Shown here: positions 39,848 to 55,355 of the stretch, piece by piece
Layout of the letters: each line of letters begins with the position of its first letter
Position numbering within the stretch: the first letter of the stretch is position 1
Origin: Trichinella spiralis
Taxonomy: Eukaryota
Length of the DNA: 64,000 nt
Assembly: GCF_000181795.1 (NCBI RefSeq)
Contig: NW_003526940.1
Location: 761,570-825,569 of the forward strand
Direction: 5' to 3'
Notes under the pieces: model-generated
The model's database searches: none
Seen by the model: the letters and a program-made list of their open reading frames with translations, nothing else
Told to the model about the DNA's origin: nothing
Made by a program: the position numbers and the translations under genes

Positions 39848-40830
39848 AATATAACTTTACATCTATAATATGAAAAAATGTTTCCGTATCAAATAAAACT
39901 TTCAGAACTCATTTTAATTTTTGCATTTTCTCTGCAACAGAACTACAGTAGGCAATAGCAAATTTATTTACTGGAGTGATATATTTATTTTTTATAACCA
40001 ATTTACAATATTTTTTGACAATAAAGATTTTTTTAATTACTACAATAAAATTTTATACTAAATACTATATTGTAAATTATATTACAATCTGATATTCAAG
40101 TTTTTCCCGCATACACGATGTGGCGGGTGATTTGAACTGAATGTTGCTCGTCTCGTTAAAGCAAGCTAATGCTCTTTGAACAATAACAAAACGAAATACT
40201 GAGTATGGAATCTTATTTCAACGATGGAAGTCAATAGAGAATAGACAACAATGCAAGCAAATCGACAGTTCAGATAATAATACACAACTCTAACGTTCGT
40301 CGTAACTCTGCATAACGCTGCTCAATAATTACCACACGTCTCGCTCAATAATCATTTTCCTGTCTGTTTTCCTCGCATTTACAGTGCTCAGAAAATTCAA
40401 CACCACGGTCTCTGTTGGTCAAAAATTCATTTCTATTATTCTTCTGTCAACTGTCATGAATGTGACTGATTCGGCATCGCGGCACCAACTTATATATCAC
40501 TTACACATGTTCCCGGTCAAATTTCAAGTTTAATGGATAAAAATGAAGCAAACAACGCTTGTTTACTCCATCAGAAACGATGTAAACATGACACATAGTG
40601 ACAGTAACACGATTAGTTAAAAACAGAACGGAATTTCCATTCTAGAATAAAAGTTTTATTTCTAAAACAATCTTAGCAATTAAAATATGTCGTGCTTCGC
40701 AATGTGATTCTGATTAAACGAAAAAATTTTAATTATTCAAAGTGATTTTAATAGGCAAATTATATTTTCCAGCGTGAACCGGTTGGGTAATTTTCTTTTG
40801 TATGCACCATAATCTAGCTTTGATTTAGAT

Positions 40831-42520
40831 CATCGTTTCTCAAACGGGGTTCTGCAAAATATTGTCACAACTGCAAATTTTCTGACGATAATTCCAGGCA
40901 TTTTGCACACTACTAACGATGTGCACGCAGGGTCAACGTATCTACTAATAATTTTCACCATTGTGAGCATTTGGTGGAAACTGATGTTTACCTGAGTTCT
41001 ATTTGTTTTTACTGTAGCTTACAGTTTTTACTCGTTTTGTTGCTCTCTCTGTTTTTCTCTTATTTAATCGAACATTAATTGTTTATTTTGTTTTTAATGC
41101 CCCAAATGTGGGAGTTTTTGAATACGTTGCATCCAAGCAGTTCTGACTTGACTAGTGACAAGAAATCACAGTCATATGAAAGATAAAAGTGCTGCTTATT
41201 CTGAGAGGCTACTAGAATCTGAAAGTAAGCAGAGTTTATCATTTGTGAATATTTGAAACGTGACTGAAAAGGCTCAAGAAGCGAGTTATTTGATATTTGC
41301 GGAATTGATCACGCAGAAAAGAAAAAGTCACACAATTGCTGACAACCTAATAATGCCAGCATGCAAAATTATAGCAGGCAAAATGTTGGGACACGATGGA
41401 GCACGGAAAATTGAAAATATTCCACTTTCAAGCAGTACGATAAGTCGCTTAATTTAATTAATGAATAGCGACGTGTTAATAAAATGTCACATAACTGTGA
41501 AGGACTTATGTAATCTACTAAGAAATAGCAGCTTTTCTTCTATTCAAGTTGATGAGTCAACAGATTTCACCAACAAATGTCACGCAATTGGTTTTTGTAA
41601 GATTTATCAACGAATGTGAAATTCAAGAAATCTTTTTCTGTTGCAAGGAACTGCCTGAGATGAGCAAAAGAAAAGATGTATTTAATGTTTTGTCCTCACA
41701 TCTGGAAACAAAAGACTTTTCCTGGAAGAACTGTGTTGGCATCTGTACTGATGGTGCCTTGTCAATGGTTGGTTCCATGAGAGGTTTTGTGTCTCTGGTT
41801 AATTAAGAAAATCCTGACATTGTATCAACACACTATTTTCTTCATAGAGAGGTACTGATTTCAAAATCTCTTGAAGGTAAATTGAAAAAAGTTTTTGACG
41901 ATGTTATAAAAATGATCAACTTCATCAAACAAAGACCCGTTCACTCCAAAATGTTCAAAAAGCTATGTGAAAGCTTGGATAAAGAACACGTAAATTTCTT
42001 GCTGTATACAGAAATTCAGTGGCTAAGCAGAGGAAGAGTTCTAAACAGGGTGTTTCAGCTCAATGAATTGCAGATATATTTTGAACAAAACGATAAGCCA
42101 AATTTTTCCAAGTGCTTTGAACATAAAAAATGGTTGCAGAGTCTCGCTTACTTAGCAGACATTTTTGGTCACACGAATCTATTGAATAAGAAACTGCAAG
42201 GTTCCAATGAAAATATATTGACTTCAAATGACAAGATTCTTCGATTCAAAAAAGAGTGAATCTTTGGAATGATCAGTGGCAGAAGGAAATGTTGAAATGT
42301 TTCAACTACTGTCGGGGGTGAAGAGTAGCGAGGGATATGAGAAAACTTCAAGCCTTACTTCAACCTATTTGGAAAATCTGCTGGTCAAACTAGAAGATTA
42401 TTTTCCATCCCTTTCAATTGGAGAATATGACTGGGTGAGGGATCCATATTCTTAATCTTCTATTTACCCAAAAAATTTGATTTCAACAGAAGAGGATGAA
42501 CTTTTGCTTTCCGTTTTCTT
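40831..42520 (+). mobile_element. Decayed hAT (Buster/Charlie-type) element, 3' truncated
   Basis: TIR-like CATCGTTTCTCAAAC after ATTTAGAT. Remnants KAQEASYL..KSHTIADNLIMPAC, VDESTD, CVGICTDGALSMVG, LLYTEIQWLSRGRVL and LAYLADIFG. Confidence 0.85.
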
Positions 42521-43274
42521 TTGATCTTCAAGTTCCAGACTGATTACTATACAAGTGAGCAGTTTTATATATTTGTGGAAAAATAAGCGATGAAAGCTAG
42601 CGTTAACAACAGCTGCCAGTTGACAATGCTATAGTTGATGCGCAAATAATCATCACTAATCAAAATCTAGTCTGAGTGAAACTTTTACAGTTCAGCGTCA
42701 ATGTTGCTCCTCTTACATTCTTGACAAAGCTGCTGTTGGTATTCCCGGACTGTATCCGTATTTGAGGATATTCTTTTAACAACGTCTGATGAAGAAAACC
42801 TAGCTCATATTCAGATAAACAAACGCATTCGATGCTTCTGTCAGTTAAAGAAGAAGGCCATTTTTAACTGTTAATTAAATGAATTGAGAGAAAAGTGAAC
42901 TCCACAGCAGAACACCTGTAGTCACATATAAGTTGACACTAAAAATCAAGTGAAGAAAAAAGTACATGTTTTTCAATAAGCTAAAAATTAAAATGAAATT
43001 GTTAGAATCACTGCGAATTTAATAAAAGATTTTAATATATTTAAATCTTAATAAAAATATTTGATTATTTGTTAAAAATAATAATGTGCTAAATTAAATT
43101 ACAAAGAAGTGCTGTTATAAACACATTACTATCAATGCCTGGTAAAAAATAAATAAACAGAACTTCATGAATAAATAAATTAAGAACAGATTTTAAACAT
43201 TAATCAACTTCAAATAAACAATATTTCCATGCATAATCATTGCGCATTTTGTTCATGCAATGACACAGAAAAAG

Positions 43275-45178
43275 ATGCTGAGCTACGTTAAGCTGCATAC
43301 ATATTTTATTTTAATAGCAATTTCACAGTCACAAAATCCCAAATGCAGGCAAGCAGACGGTGGAGGTGATGTAGACTGGTTGGTTATTAAAAATTATTGG
43401 CAAAATAAAATACGACACTATTGTTTTGCAGTTAGATGATAGTATTTTAGGGCAATATTATACAAAGCTCCTGGCCAAGCTTCAGGTAAAATCATCGTAT
43501 CAACGAACGCTGGCGCATGGGCGAATGGAGCCGCAGTCCTTACACAACAGGGTGGACAATCGTTTGGAGTCACACTAGAACATGTTGTAGGGAATAACGA
43601 TAACATAAAATTCCTTGCATACAACAATGTTCCACCAGGCATGCCCAACGTAAAAACAAAGTCAAATAGCAAAGGTATGAAAATGAATCTCCAAACTTTC
43701 AATATCAAGTTGTCCAACCATTTCAAGGAGTGATAATTCTGCAAACACCTGTTAATACTGATGCCGCTTCATGGATTGTCCATACTGTACCTGGATTTCC
43801 AGCTGCAAAAACGGGTTACAGCTGGCCAGTAGCTGAAAATGCTAACGGACATTTATTAATTTGTTTGACCATTTCAAAAAGCCAAATAAATGCCATAGGT
43901 TTGATTGACTTTTATTCAAATTGTTAACACTGAATGTTATAAACACTTAATTTATATTTTAAAACATTCATTTCAAATGCACGTAAAATTATGCATTATA
44001 GTATTATTACGCACCATCTTCCAAGAGTGAAATTGAAATTTTCAAATGTAATCATTTAATGGATCATTATCATATGTAATATAAATAAAAGATTTAGTTA
44101 ACGGCACCTTAAAAAAAGGAACAACATTGTACTGATAGGTTGAATTGTATCTGATGGTACTTTTTGTTTAGCTGCATCATTGCTTCATTCTGAGCCTTTA
44201 GTACATTATAATGATATTCCTGAAACTGAAACCGTAGGAATGCAATATTTCAAAAAATTATCAGATGGACAGTTTCCAACAGTTCCTCCATATTTGTCAA
44301 GACAATCGATTAAAACAACAGGACAGCCTGCGGTAACTGTAAATGTTTACAGTAAGTCAGCAACATCTAGATATGGTAAGTAGTGTCAAAAAAGCAGTAT
44401 GAAAATTTTATTTTTAATATATCAGGTAATCATGAATAAAAATGCATATTCAAAAAGAACAGTAAACGTTTGAAAAATAAAAATATTTGAATAATGTAAA
44501 TTGAACTTTATAAATTAATAAAACGCATATATATAAATTAAATATTATCTTTACTATGAGCATGTGATGATTGATTTATCAAATGTGCAAATAAAAAGAT
44601 AGAGGAATACTTTTCAAGTTTCTGTAATACTGACAATGCGCCTTTGCATTCAGTGAAGCTTGAAAATAAAATTTTGTCCTTCTACACTTTAAAATATTAA
44701 GAAATATGTCATGATATTTTACATTTGTTTTATCAATATGAAATATGTAGCAAGTAAATTATTCCACTTCAGAACAAATAAAATTAAATTTTTAGAAATA
44801 TACAAGAGAGTGATCGTAAAAGCTCTTAAAAAAACGATAAAAGTGTGGTCAAGAAGAGACAATAAACTGAAAGGAGACTGTAGAGTAGTGGAAAGAAATA
44901 TTCGTTTAATCAAAAGCCCTGCTCCAGTTGGCGATCACAACACTAATCTTGATGCTGATTTGACGAATTGGGCTGTTTCTGATCCTGGAAATATATTTTG
45001 CTTCATTGATAGGCCATATGCTGTAAATTGATGGAAAAATTTTCAATAATTGAATTGCTAATTTTTTTCAATTTAGAAAAGCCAAACTGTCCAATCTGCG
45101 ATGGCAGTTTGTATTGATCAAGCTGCTATTTTTGCGAGATTTAATGACATTGCTGCTCAAGTTGAAAACTGCCTGTAG
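43275..45178 (+). CDS. DNase II-like (plancitoxin-like) secreted protein A, 6 exons (43275-43378, 43451-43674, 43728-43898, 44172-44375, 44796-45022, 45077-45178), about 343 aa
   Basis: Signal peptide, then C..G.DVDW/AILYKAP, FLAYNN.PP, SKG/VII, WIVHTVPGFP, GHLLICLT, YSKS and WAVS..FC, all DNase II family landmarks. Exon lengths sum to 1032 nt, in frame. An alternative in-frame ATG lies at 43260. Confidence 0.9.
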
Positions 45179-47904
45179 TGAAAACATCCATGAAATGATA
45201 TATCAGATATATTTAAATTTTGTTTATTGGTTGAACTTAAAGCTGCAGCGTTTCATATGAAATGTTATCTTTGTTGATTTGTTTGTGAACTGTTGCACAT
45301 ATAAGCATATCTTATGCATAATATAATTTACCTGAAGTCGAATTTTTTCATTTGTGTTTCCATTTCTATGCGGCTGGTATATTGACTCCTCGGTTTAATG
45401 GCAGTTTCTATACTTTTTTTCTATGCTAATCTTTTTTTATTTTTCACAAAATATCATGTTGCAGATAATTCTTTAATTATTTCAAGTTATTCTTATTTAG
45501 TATTTTGCTTAATTTATTTGAGCAAATTTGTGAAACCTCAGAAACTGTACATTGTGATGTAAATGTTATATAATTTGATCCTTTTTAATGTTTTTCAGTG
45601 CATTTTAAATATTTATTTCAATAAATCTGATTTTCAAGCTGTAATGTTACCAAATGGCTTCAATTCCATAAATCGTTGTCTTTATTTAATTTTACTTTAC
45701 ATTTGTCTTGCATCTACCTGCCAACATTATTAACAAATAGTTTCATAATTAAATTTGCAACAGTTAAAAAGGGTAGTAAAGTAATAAATGTAGGACTGAT
45801 TTTTGTAATTTTATAGATTTGCTACACACAATATGAATACGTATTTAGAAATAAATTTTAAACAGTATATTACTTTCCGTGTCCGAGTGTTGGTAATAAC
45901 TTGATGACATATTTACAACAATAGTTTGAAATAGTCATTTGCATTGATAGCAAAAGTGAAGTTAAGTTCATAATTTAATGATCACCTTAGTAATTTATTT
46001 GTTTGTTATAAAAAAATTTTTCAACTTTTTAAATAATTTTTATTTTATAACGTTGAAGATATTTTTATCATTTTCATAATTAGGTTTCCATCTGGCACAT
46101 TAAAGTTAGCATTTATGAACTGCAGATTTGTATTTATTCAAACAAACATGAAAATTTCAGTTATGTGTCGACTCGCTTGTCCTGCCTGCTCGTCCATCAT
46201 TGCTCGTATTCACGTCTTGATGCGCGTTCTCTAGGCATGTTTGTATGCAGATCAAAACGCTGAAGAGATAATATGGCTCTGTTAAAGTTTAACAAATAGT
46301 ACAAAACACAAGCGGGCACAACACACAGACTCTCTCATGTCTGAAACTTACTGCAAGCTGATAATGTAGTTCGTGTTGTTTTATACCGGTCGCTAACCGT
46401 AGCTGCTAGCATCATCGCAAATTCAACCTAATTATTTTATGAATATTATGCAATTACTCATTTATCAGCAATGTAAAATTCTCATCTCCATTCAAATTAT
46501 CGACATTTTCTAATTAATTGAAATATTGCAATTTATAAAATTTGATTTTTTGTATCTGAAATACAGTAGGATCAGGTTAACACTATTAACGCGACAAACA
46601 ATTTTCATGGAATGAAAATTTACATGTGCAATAGCATTATGTTGGGCTCAGTTAACGCAAACATCAAGCTCTGCTTAACAGGAATTTCATTTTAGTTTGA
46701 ACAGTTTTTTTCCAAAAGCATTATTGTTTGTATTAGCTAAAATGCTCTGCATAACACGAACTTGAAAACCAAGCGATTTGTTCAAGCGCAACTTGATCTA
46801 CTGCAATCTGTCTTCGATTCACTTGCTTAAGCTGAAAATTTTGTTGAGAACATAAAATTCAGTAATACCAGTAATCTTGAATTTTACAGAAAAACAATAA
46901 TGATAACCAGTAAACATGTAAAATAATGTCTAGCGCGTTTACAAAAATAATTTTCAACTTCAAGTATGGAAAAATTATTTGTTGATATGTTTTCTGCACA
47001 TTTATAGCTCGCTCCTTTAATATGAGCAGTCATTTGGTACAAAATTACAAGCAAATACCTGACATTTCATTAACCTCAGTCCATTGTACGTGAAAAAAAT
47101 GAATATATAATTTGACATTGCTCTATTATTGCCCACTAAATTCACAGTTATTCATTTATATTATTCATTTGAAACAATAAAAACTTAGCAAGGTTTTATT
47201 CATATCATGACAATAAAAAAGCTATAATGTTCAAAATAAAAATATTATTCAATAAAAATGATCAGTACGACAGAAACAGCTTTGGAAAGATCCATTGCCA
47301 TATGCCACGCTATTCAATACTGCCGAATTACAGTTGAGCAACAGCTCAACTTCACATTTATAGAGTAGAACAATAAAGAGATTTTTCAAATAAGCAAAAA
47401 AAACATTTAAAAATTGAAAAATAACCATTTATAAGAAAAAGTAGTATTGATTTAGAAAAAAATAAAAGAGTATTATTGGCAACATCTACTGAAATTTTTC
47501 AAAACAACTTTCCATTTAAATAGTAAAATAAATCATTAATGGATCATAAGATATCAAATTAAAATAAAACAATTTTAAATAATTCCAAAACATTACGCGT
47601 TGCAGAATATTTTGTGACAAGAACATGAACAAGAAAGATCAGCACAGCGAGAAAAGTGCAGAAATAACAAATTAAAATCTCATTTTACCATTCAAGAAGT
47701 AAAAAAGAAAACTTTTATGCACATAATAAACATTTTCTAAAATATTTTCACGAATTCTAAATTGCATATAATATAACATAAGATGTACCATTGAATGCAA
47801 ACAAAACAATTAAGATAGGATTACATATTATATGCAACTATTTTTAGTTTAATCAGTAAACAAAATTTAAACAAGTCTGATATGTCATTTACAAAATATT
47901 TTCA

Positions 47905-49783
47905 CTACGGGCAGTTTTCAACCTGAGCAGCAATATCATTAAATCTGGCGAAAATATCTGCTTGATCAATACAAACTGCCATCGCAGATTGGACAGTTTG
48001 GTTTTTCTAAATTAAAGATAAATTGTCATTTCAGTTATTAAAAATTTTTTAAATGTATTTACAGCATATGGCCTGTCAATGAGGCAAAATATATTTCCAG
48101 GATCAGAAACAGCCCAGTTTGTCAAATCAGCATCAAGATTAGTGTTGTGATTGCCAACTGGAGCAGGGCTTTTGATTAAACGAATATTTCTTTCCACTAC
48201 TCTACAGTCTCCTTTCAGTTTATTGTCTCTTCTTGACCACACTTTTATCGTTTTTTTAAGAGCTTTTACGATCACTCTCCTGTATATTTCTAAAAATTTA
48301 ATTTTATTTGTTCTGAAGTGGAATAATTTACTTGCTACATATTTTATATTGATAAAACAAATGCAAAATATCATAACTTGTTTTTTAATATTTTAAAGTG
48401 TAGAAGAATAAAATTTTATTTTCAAGCTTCACTGAAAGCAAATGCGCATTGTCAGTATTACAGAAACTTGAAAAATATTCCTCTATCTTTTAATTTGCAC
48501 ATTTGATAAATCAATCATCATACATTCATAGTAAATATAATATTTTATTAATATATATGCATTTATTAATTTGTAAATTTCAGTTTATATCATTCAAATA
48601 TTTTGGTTTTTCAAATTTGTATCTTCTTTTATGAGTATACATTTTCATTCATAATTGCATAAAGTATTAAAAATAAATTTTTCATACTGTTGTTTGCCAC
48701 TACTTACCATATCTGGATGTTGCTGACTTGCTGTAAACGTTTACAGTTACCGCAGCCTGTGCTGCTGTTTTAATCGATTGCCTTGACAAATATGGAGGAA
48801 CTGTAGGAAACTGTCCATCTGATAATTTTTTGAAATATTGCATTCCTACGGTTTCAGTTTCAGGAATATCATTATAATGTACTAAAGGCTCAGCACGAAG
48901 CAATGATGCAGCTAAACAAAAAGTACCATCAGATACATATTAAATGTATCAGTACAATCTTGTTCCTCTTTCTAAGGTGTCGTTAACTAAATCTTTCATT
49001 TATATTACATATGATAACGGTCCATTAAGTGATTACACTTGAAAATTTTAATTTCACTCTTGGAAGAAGGTGCTAATTTTACGTGGAGTTGAAATGAATG
49101 TTTTATAAATATGAATGAAAATATGAGTATTAACAATTTGAATAAAAGTCAATCAAACCTATGGCATTTATTTGGCTTTCTGAAATAGTTAAACAAATTA
49201 ATAAATGTCCTTTAGCATTTTCAGCTACTGGCCAGCTGTAGCCCGTTTTTGCAGCTGGAAATCCAGGTACAGTATGAACAATCCATGAAGCGGCATCAGT
49301 ATTAGGAGTTGTTTGCAGAATTATCACTCCTTAAAATGGTTGGACAATTTGATACTGAAAGTTTTGAGATTCACTTTCATACCTTTGCTATTTGACTTTG
49401 CTTTTACGTTGGGCATGCCTGGTGGGACATTGTTGTATGCAAGAAATTTTATGTTATTGTCATTCCCTACAACATGTTCCAGGGTGACTCCAAACGACTG
49501 TTGGTCGCGTTGTGTTAGGTCCGCGTTTCCATCCACCCATGCACCGGCGCTATCTGAAACGATAATTTTGCCTCTGATTTGTCCTGGAGCTTTGTATAAT
49601 ATTGCCCTGAAAGCACCCTAATGTGATGACAATTCAATAATGCTGTAATTTCTTTTTCAAATGAATTTTCGTAACTGACCAATCTACATTTGCAACGCCA
49701 TTATTAGCTCGGCATTTAGGATTTTGTGATTGTGTAAAGGTTATTAAAATAAAATATACGGGCAGCTGAACGTATTTCAGCAT
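47905..49783 (-). CDS. DNase II-like secreted protein B, 6 exons
   Basis: Inverted paralog of A with the same intron positions; MLKYVQLPVYFILITFTQSQNPKCR..VENCP*. Confidence 0.9.
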
Positions 49784-50871
49784 TCGCTTTTCTCTTTGGA
49801 TGATACAAACGCATTATGATCATGACTTCAACGATTCTGACAAACATTTTCAATCTGTCTTTGATTTATTTATTAAACAGGGTTTGTTTATTTGCAATTA
49901 ATGGTGATGATTGACAGTGCCCATTTTTATTGATCCTTGTTTCCAGTATTTATTATAATTGTTATACCAACACCTATATAAATGCATAATTTTTCCATTA
50001 AACATGAATATCTCAATTAATACATAAAAATGTGCAATGAATTTTTTGTCAGATGAAAAGGAAGGAAAATGGAATGAAATAGAAAATTCATAAGTGGTTA
50101 CCTGAAATTGATCAAATATTGCCGTTCTCTGAACTTTGTGCTACCATATGGCAACAACGACCGCAAAAAGGTTAATTTTTTTATAGTGAAAAAGAAGATG
50201 TTCACTAGTTTCATCCACAAATTCCATGCCAAATTCCATGATTCACTGCGCTATAAATAACAAAAAGACATAAGCTAAGAAATCTTATATAGTTTTTATC
50301 TACATTAATTTTTACTCATTTCTTAGAATGCATATTATTAATTATTATTGTTTATGAAATAATCAGTACCTAACTTCATAATATATTTAGGAAATAAAGG
50401 AAGTGGCAACAAAATATGCATTTCTATTAGAAAACGGTGATCTCTTTCACCCCAACATAATCATCACATTTCTGCATGTAAATTCCATAAAGTTCAAAAA
50501 TTTGCTTCTGTGTTAAGCTTATGCTGCTTTAGCTGTGATAATAGTGAATAGATCGCTAGTTCTTTGCCGCATTCACTTATGTACATGATCGAAGAATTAA
50601 GACTACTGTTCTATAAATTGGCAGAATTAATACTGCTCGTCTCTCTCTCTATTAAAATTCTAACAGATAATAATACATTCTGAGAAATCAGTCAAATTTA
50701 TTGCTGATCAATAAAATTACAATTATTTTGTTATTCATAAAAATGTACATGATAAGTAATTGTTTCATTAAATTATAGAGAATTTTAAAATAGTCTCCAT
50801 TAATATTAATCAAAAATATGTTCGAAAATATATAAATTGATCATAATAAAATGCAATATTGCCTTTTATTC

Positions 50872-50900
50872 TTAACCCTCGAACTGGATTTTGGAGTATT
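50872..50900 (+). mobile_element. Lone piggyBac-like terminus
   Basis: TTAA-CCCTCGAA, the same start as the element at 60160; no partner end found. Confidence 0.35.
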
Positions 50901-52139
50901 TTAGAGTCAGGTGGCTTTTTAGTTTTTATATCTCTTCCCCTAATTAGATTGTATGAACTGTGACTTAGGAATGTTCTTCTAAAGCAACGGAAATCTTTAT
51001 TCTAAATTTTTTTTTAATTTATTGTAGTCTGTTATGTATTATGATGGCTGAGAGTAAAAAAATCGCAATTTGAACCTTTTGGGTATTTTTCAACATACCA
51101 ATTTCTAGCTATTATGTATACAATTTTCAAAATAGACTACTTCCATTCAAATCTTTTATGAGCAAAAATTTGTTGGGCGTCAAAACATGCCAAAACCATA
51201 CACATAATTAAATGATGCCAAACAAGCATGTAAACAGTAATTGTAAACAAATTGCACAAAAGTTGTTTAAAACCAATAAAATATAGTAACCAATAAAATC
51301 ACTTCGCCAATCAGAAATTACTAATAGTCACTTAATTGTTACAAATAATTTATTCATCCGAATTGCTTAATAGTGCGTTAAGTGGGTAGCCAAACCCAAC
51401 CTATTCGTTCGTTAAAGTTATCTACAAAACAGTAAATTATACATGTGAATGATATTTCATTGAAGAACAAAAATTTTATTTCTTTTAAACAGTCTTGTGG
51501 TGCAGTATAATTTCTAAATCCTTCTGAATTTTACATTCCCTCAGCATTTCAAATTATAAAGAAATGCAGAACAATTAACTAGGTAAATAACAGTAGTGAA
51601 TTATCCTAACCCCAAAATAAGTGGCACTTTATTTTTACTTCTACATAGCCTTATTATATTTCTTAAAAAACACAGATATTTGTTTTACAACTAGTATTTG
51701 AAAACAATTCGTTTACCTATGCATTACTCAGCACATAGTTTTTGAAACTGTCTTCCAAAACATAGTTCATCAACAAAATGTTTGAGATTGGTGAGGTTCT
51801 GAACAAAAGATAAAATACTAATAATAAAAATGGATAAAAATGGACCAATCATGCAATCAGACAGATTCATAAGAATTAATAAGATTTCCGTTTTCCTAGA
51901 ATAAAAGCTTCAAAATGCCGAAATTTTCACTTCCGGTTGTAAATAAAAACTCACTTATCCTCGTCTACTACTGTAAATGCTGTTTCCAAAAAGACTTTAT
52001 AAAACGCAATGCTTGACGAAAAAATTAATTAATAATTTTTTTGGCAAAACTCTGCTTTAAAAAATGTGATGAAAGCATTCTACCATTCATAGAAAATAAA
52101 TTTATGAGATTTCAATGATTAAAAACCTGAGAATCATTT

Positions 52140-53652
<1,513 letters not shown>

Positions 53653-54539
53653 TAGCTCAAGACATTATTTGGTCGACTTATAGATAAAAATATTATTCTT
53701 TAGTTCTTCTTCTGTATCAATTCCCACCTATAAAACTACTCACTATGCTATTCGCATATCCCTATTTTATGAATAAAAATGATAGTTTCACCACCAGACG
53801 TACCATCCCATTAAATCAAAAATCGCAGATTTCTCCATAATATATTCTTTACTTGATCTTTTTGGGATGATCGCACCATACTACTAATTCTACTACATCC
53901 TCCTTATCCTTACGTTATTTAACCTACTTTANNNNNNNNNNNNNNNNNNNNNNNNNNNNNNNNNNNNNNNNNNNNNNNNNNNNNNNNNNNNNNNNNNNNN
54001 NNNNNNNNNNNNNNNNNNNNNNNNNNNNNNNNNNNNNNNNNNNNNNNNNNNNNNNNNNNNNNNNNNNNNNNNNNNNNNNNNNNNNNNNNNNNNNNNNNNN
54101 NNNNNNNNNNNNNNNNNNNNNNNNNNNNNNNNNNNNNNNNNNNNNNNNNNNNNNNNNNNNNNNNNNNNNNNNNNNNNNNNNNNNNNNNNNNNNNNNNNNN
54201 NNNNNNNNNNNNNNNNNNNNNNNNNNNNNNNNNNNNNNNNNNNNNNNNNNNNNNNNNNNNNNNNNNGGACAGAATCTCAATATTTCGTTAGACTATTCAG
54301 GCAAACGATCACTTTAGGAAGTGGATCCATGTGCATATTGGAAAATGAGAATGGCTTAGTTCTTGAGAGAGAGGGAGATCCGCCGTCTCTCCCACGTTTC
54401 ATTATTGTTGGTAAGCACTTTTTTCGTTTATTATCTAGAATTCATGCGCATTTCTTTTATGCAGAAAGCAGTCGGAAGATGATGGAACATGATTGGACTT
54501 GCACATCCAGAAGGACAGCGCCGGGCTCTTGGTGAATAG

Positions 54540-55355
54540 TCTTAGGGGGGGAATGCAAATTTTTGTTAAGACTCTTACTGACAGATCAATCACTTTGTAA
54601 GTACACCCATCTGATTCAATAGAAAATGAGAAAGGCAAAATTCAAGATAAAGAGGGAATTCCACCGGATCAACAACGTTTGATTTTTGCTGGTATTGAAT
54701 TATATTCTTTTTTTTATTATCAATTTATTTCTATATATTGTTTATAGGAAAGCAATTAGAAGACGGTAGAACATTGTCTGATTATAACATCCAGAAGGAA
54801 AGCACCTTGCATTTGGTGCTTCGTCTTCGCGGTGGAATGCAAATTTTTGTTAAGACTCTTACCGGCAAAACGATCACCTTGGAAGTGGAACCATCTGATA
54901 CAATTGAAAATGTGAAAGGGAAAATACAGGATAAGGAAGGAATTCCACCGGATCAACAACGTCTGATTTTTGCTGGTATTGAATTATATCTTTTTTTATT
55001 ATCAATTTATTCCTATATATGGTTTATAGGGAAACAATTGGAAGATGGTAGAACGTTGTCAGATTATAACATCCAGAAGGAAAGCACACTGCATCTGGTG
55101 CTTCGTCTTCGGGGTGGAATGCGAAATTTTGGGAAAACTGACCAAACCGCAATTTCGGAAGTGGAATCATCTCGTACAATTGGTTGCGTGAATATTCAAT
55201 TTCGGAATCAGTTGCTGCTAAATGAGCACCGTGGAAATTTCTCTGCGAAGTAAATACTTTAAGATTTTTCTGTGTATATGTACATTTTTATGTATAAATA
55301 TTTTGTAGGAAAGCAGTTGGACAGTAGTGGCACGTTGTCAGATTGTAGCATTTAA
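54540..55355 (+). CDS. ubq-1: Polyubiquitin 3' part ending in a decayed terminal repeat
   Basis: Clean repeats at about 54.75-55.12 kb, then [27 protein letters not shown] (stop at 55253) and a remnant exon [14 protein letters not shown]. Confidence 0.8.

Noticed and set aside
40118..40490. Possible solo LTR or repeat fragment (similar GC-richer patches at 22850-23090 and 46160-46420)
   Set aside because: I could not identify matching termini, a TSD or a second copy.
51870..51940. Possible heat-shock elements upstream of polyubiquitin
   Set aside because: GAA/TTC triplets are present but not in clean nGAAn alternating spacing.
54268..54620. Degenerate ubiquitin repeat after the gap
   Set aside because: Errors decrease with distance from the gap, so this is low-quality sequence. 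The same holds for 37130-37423.
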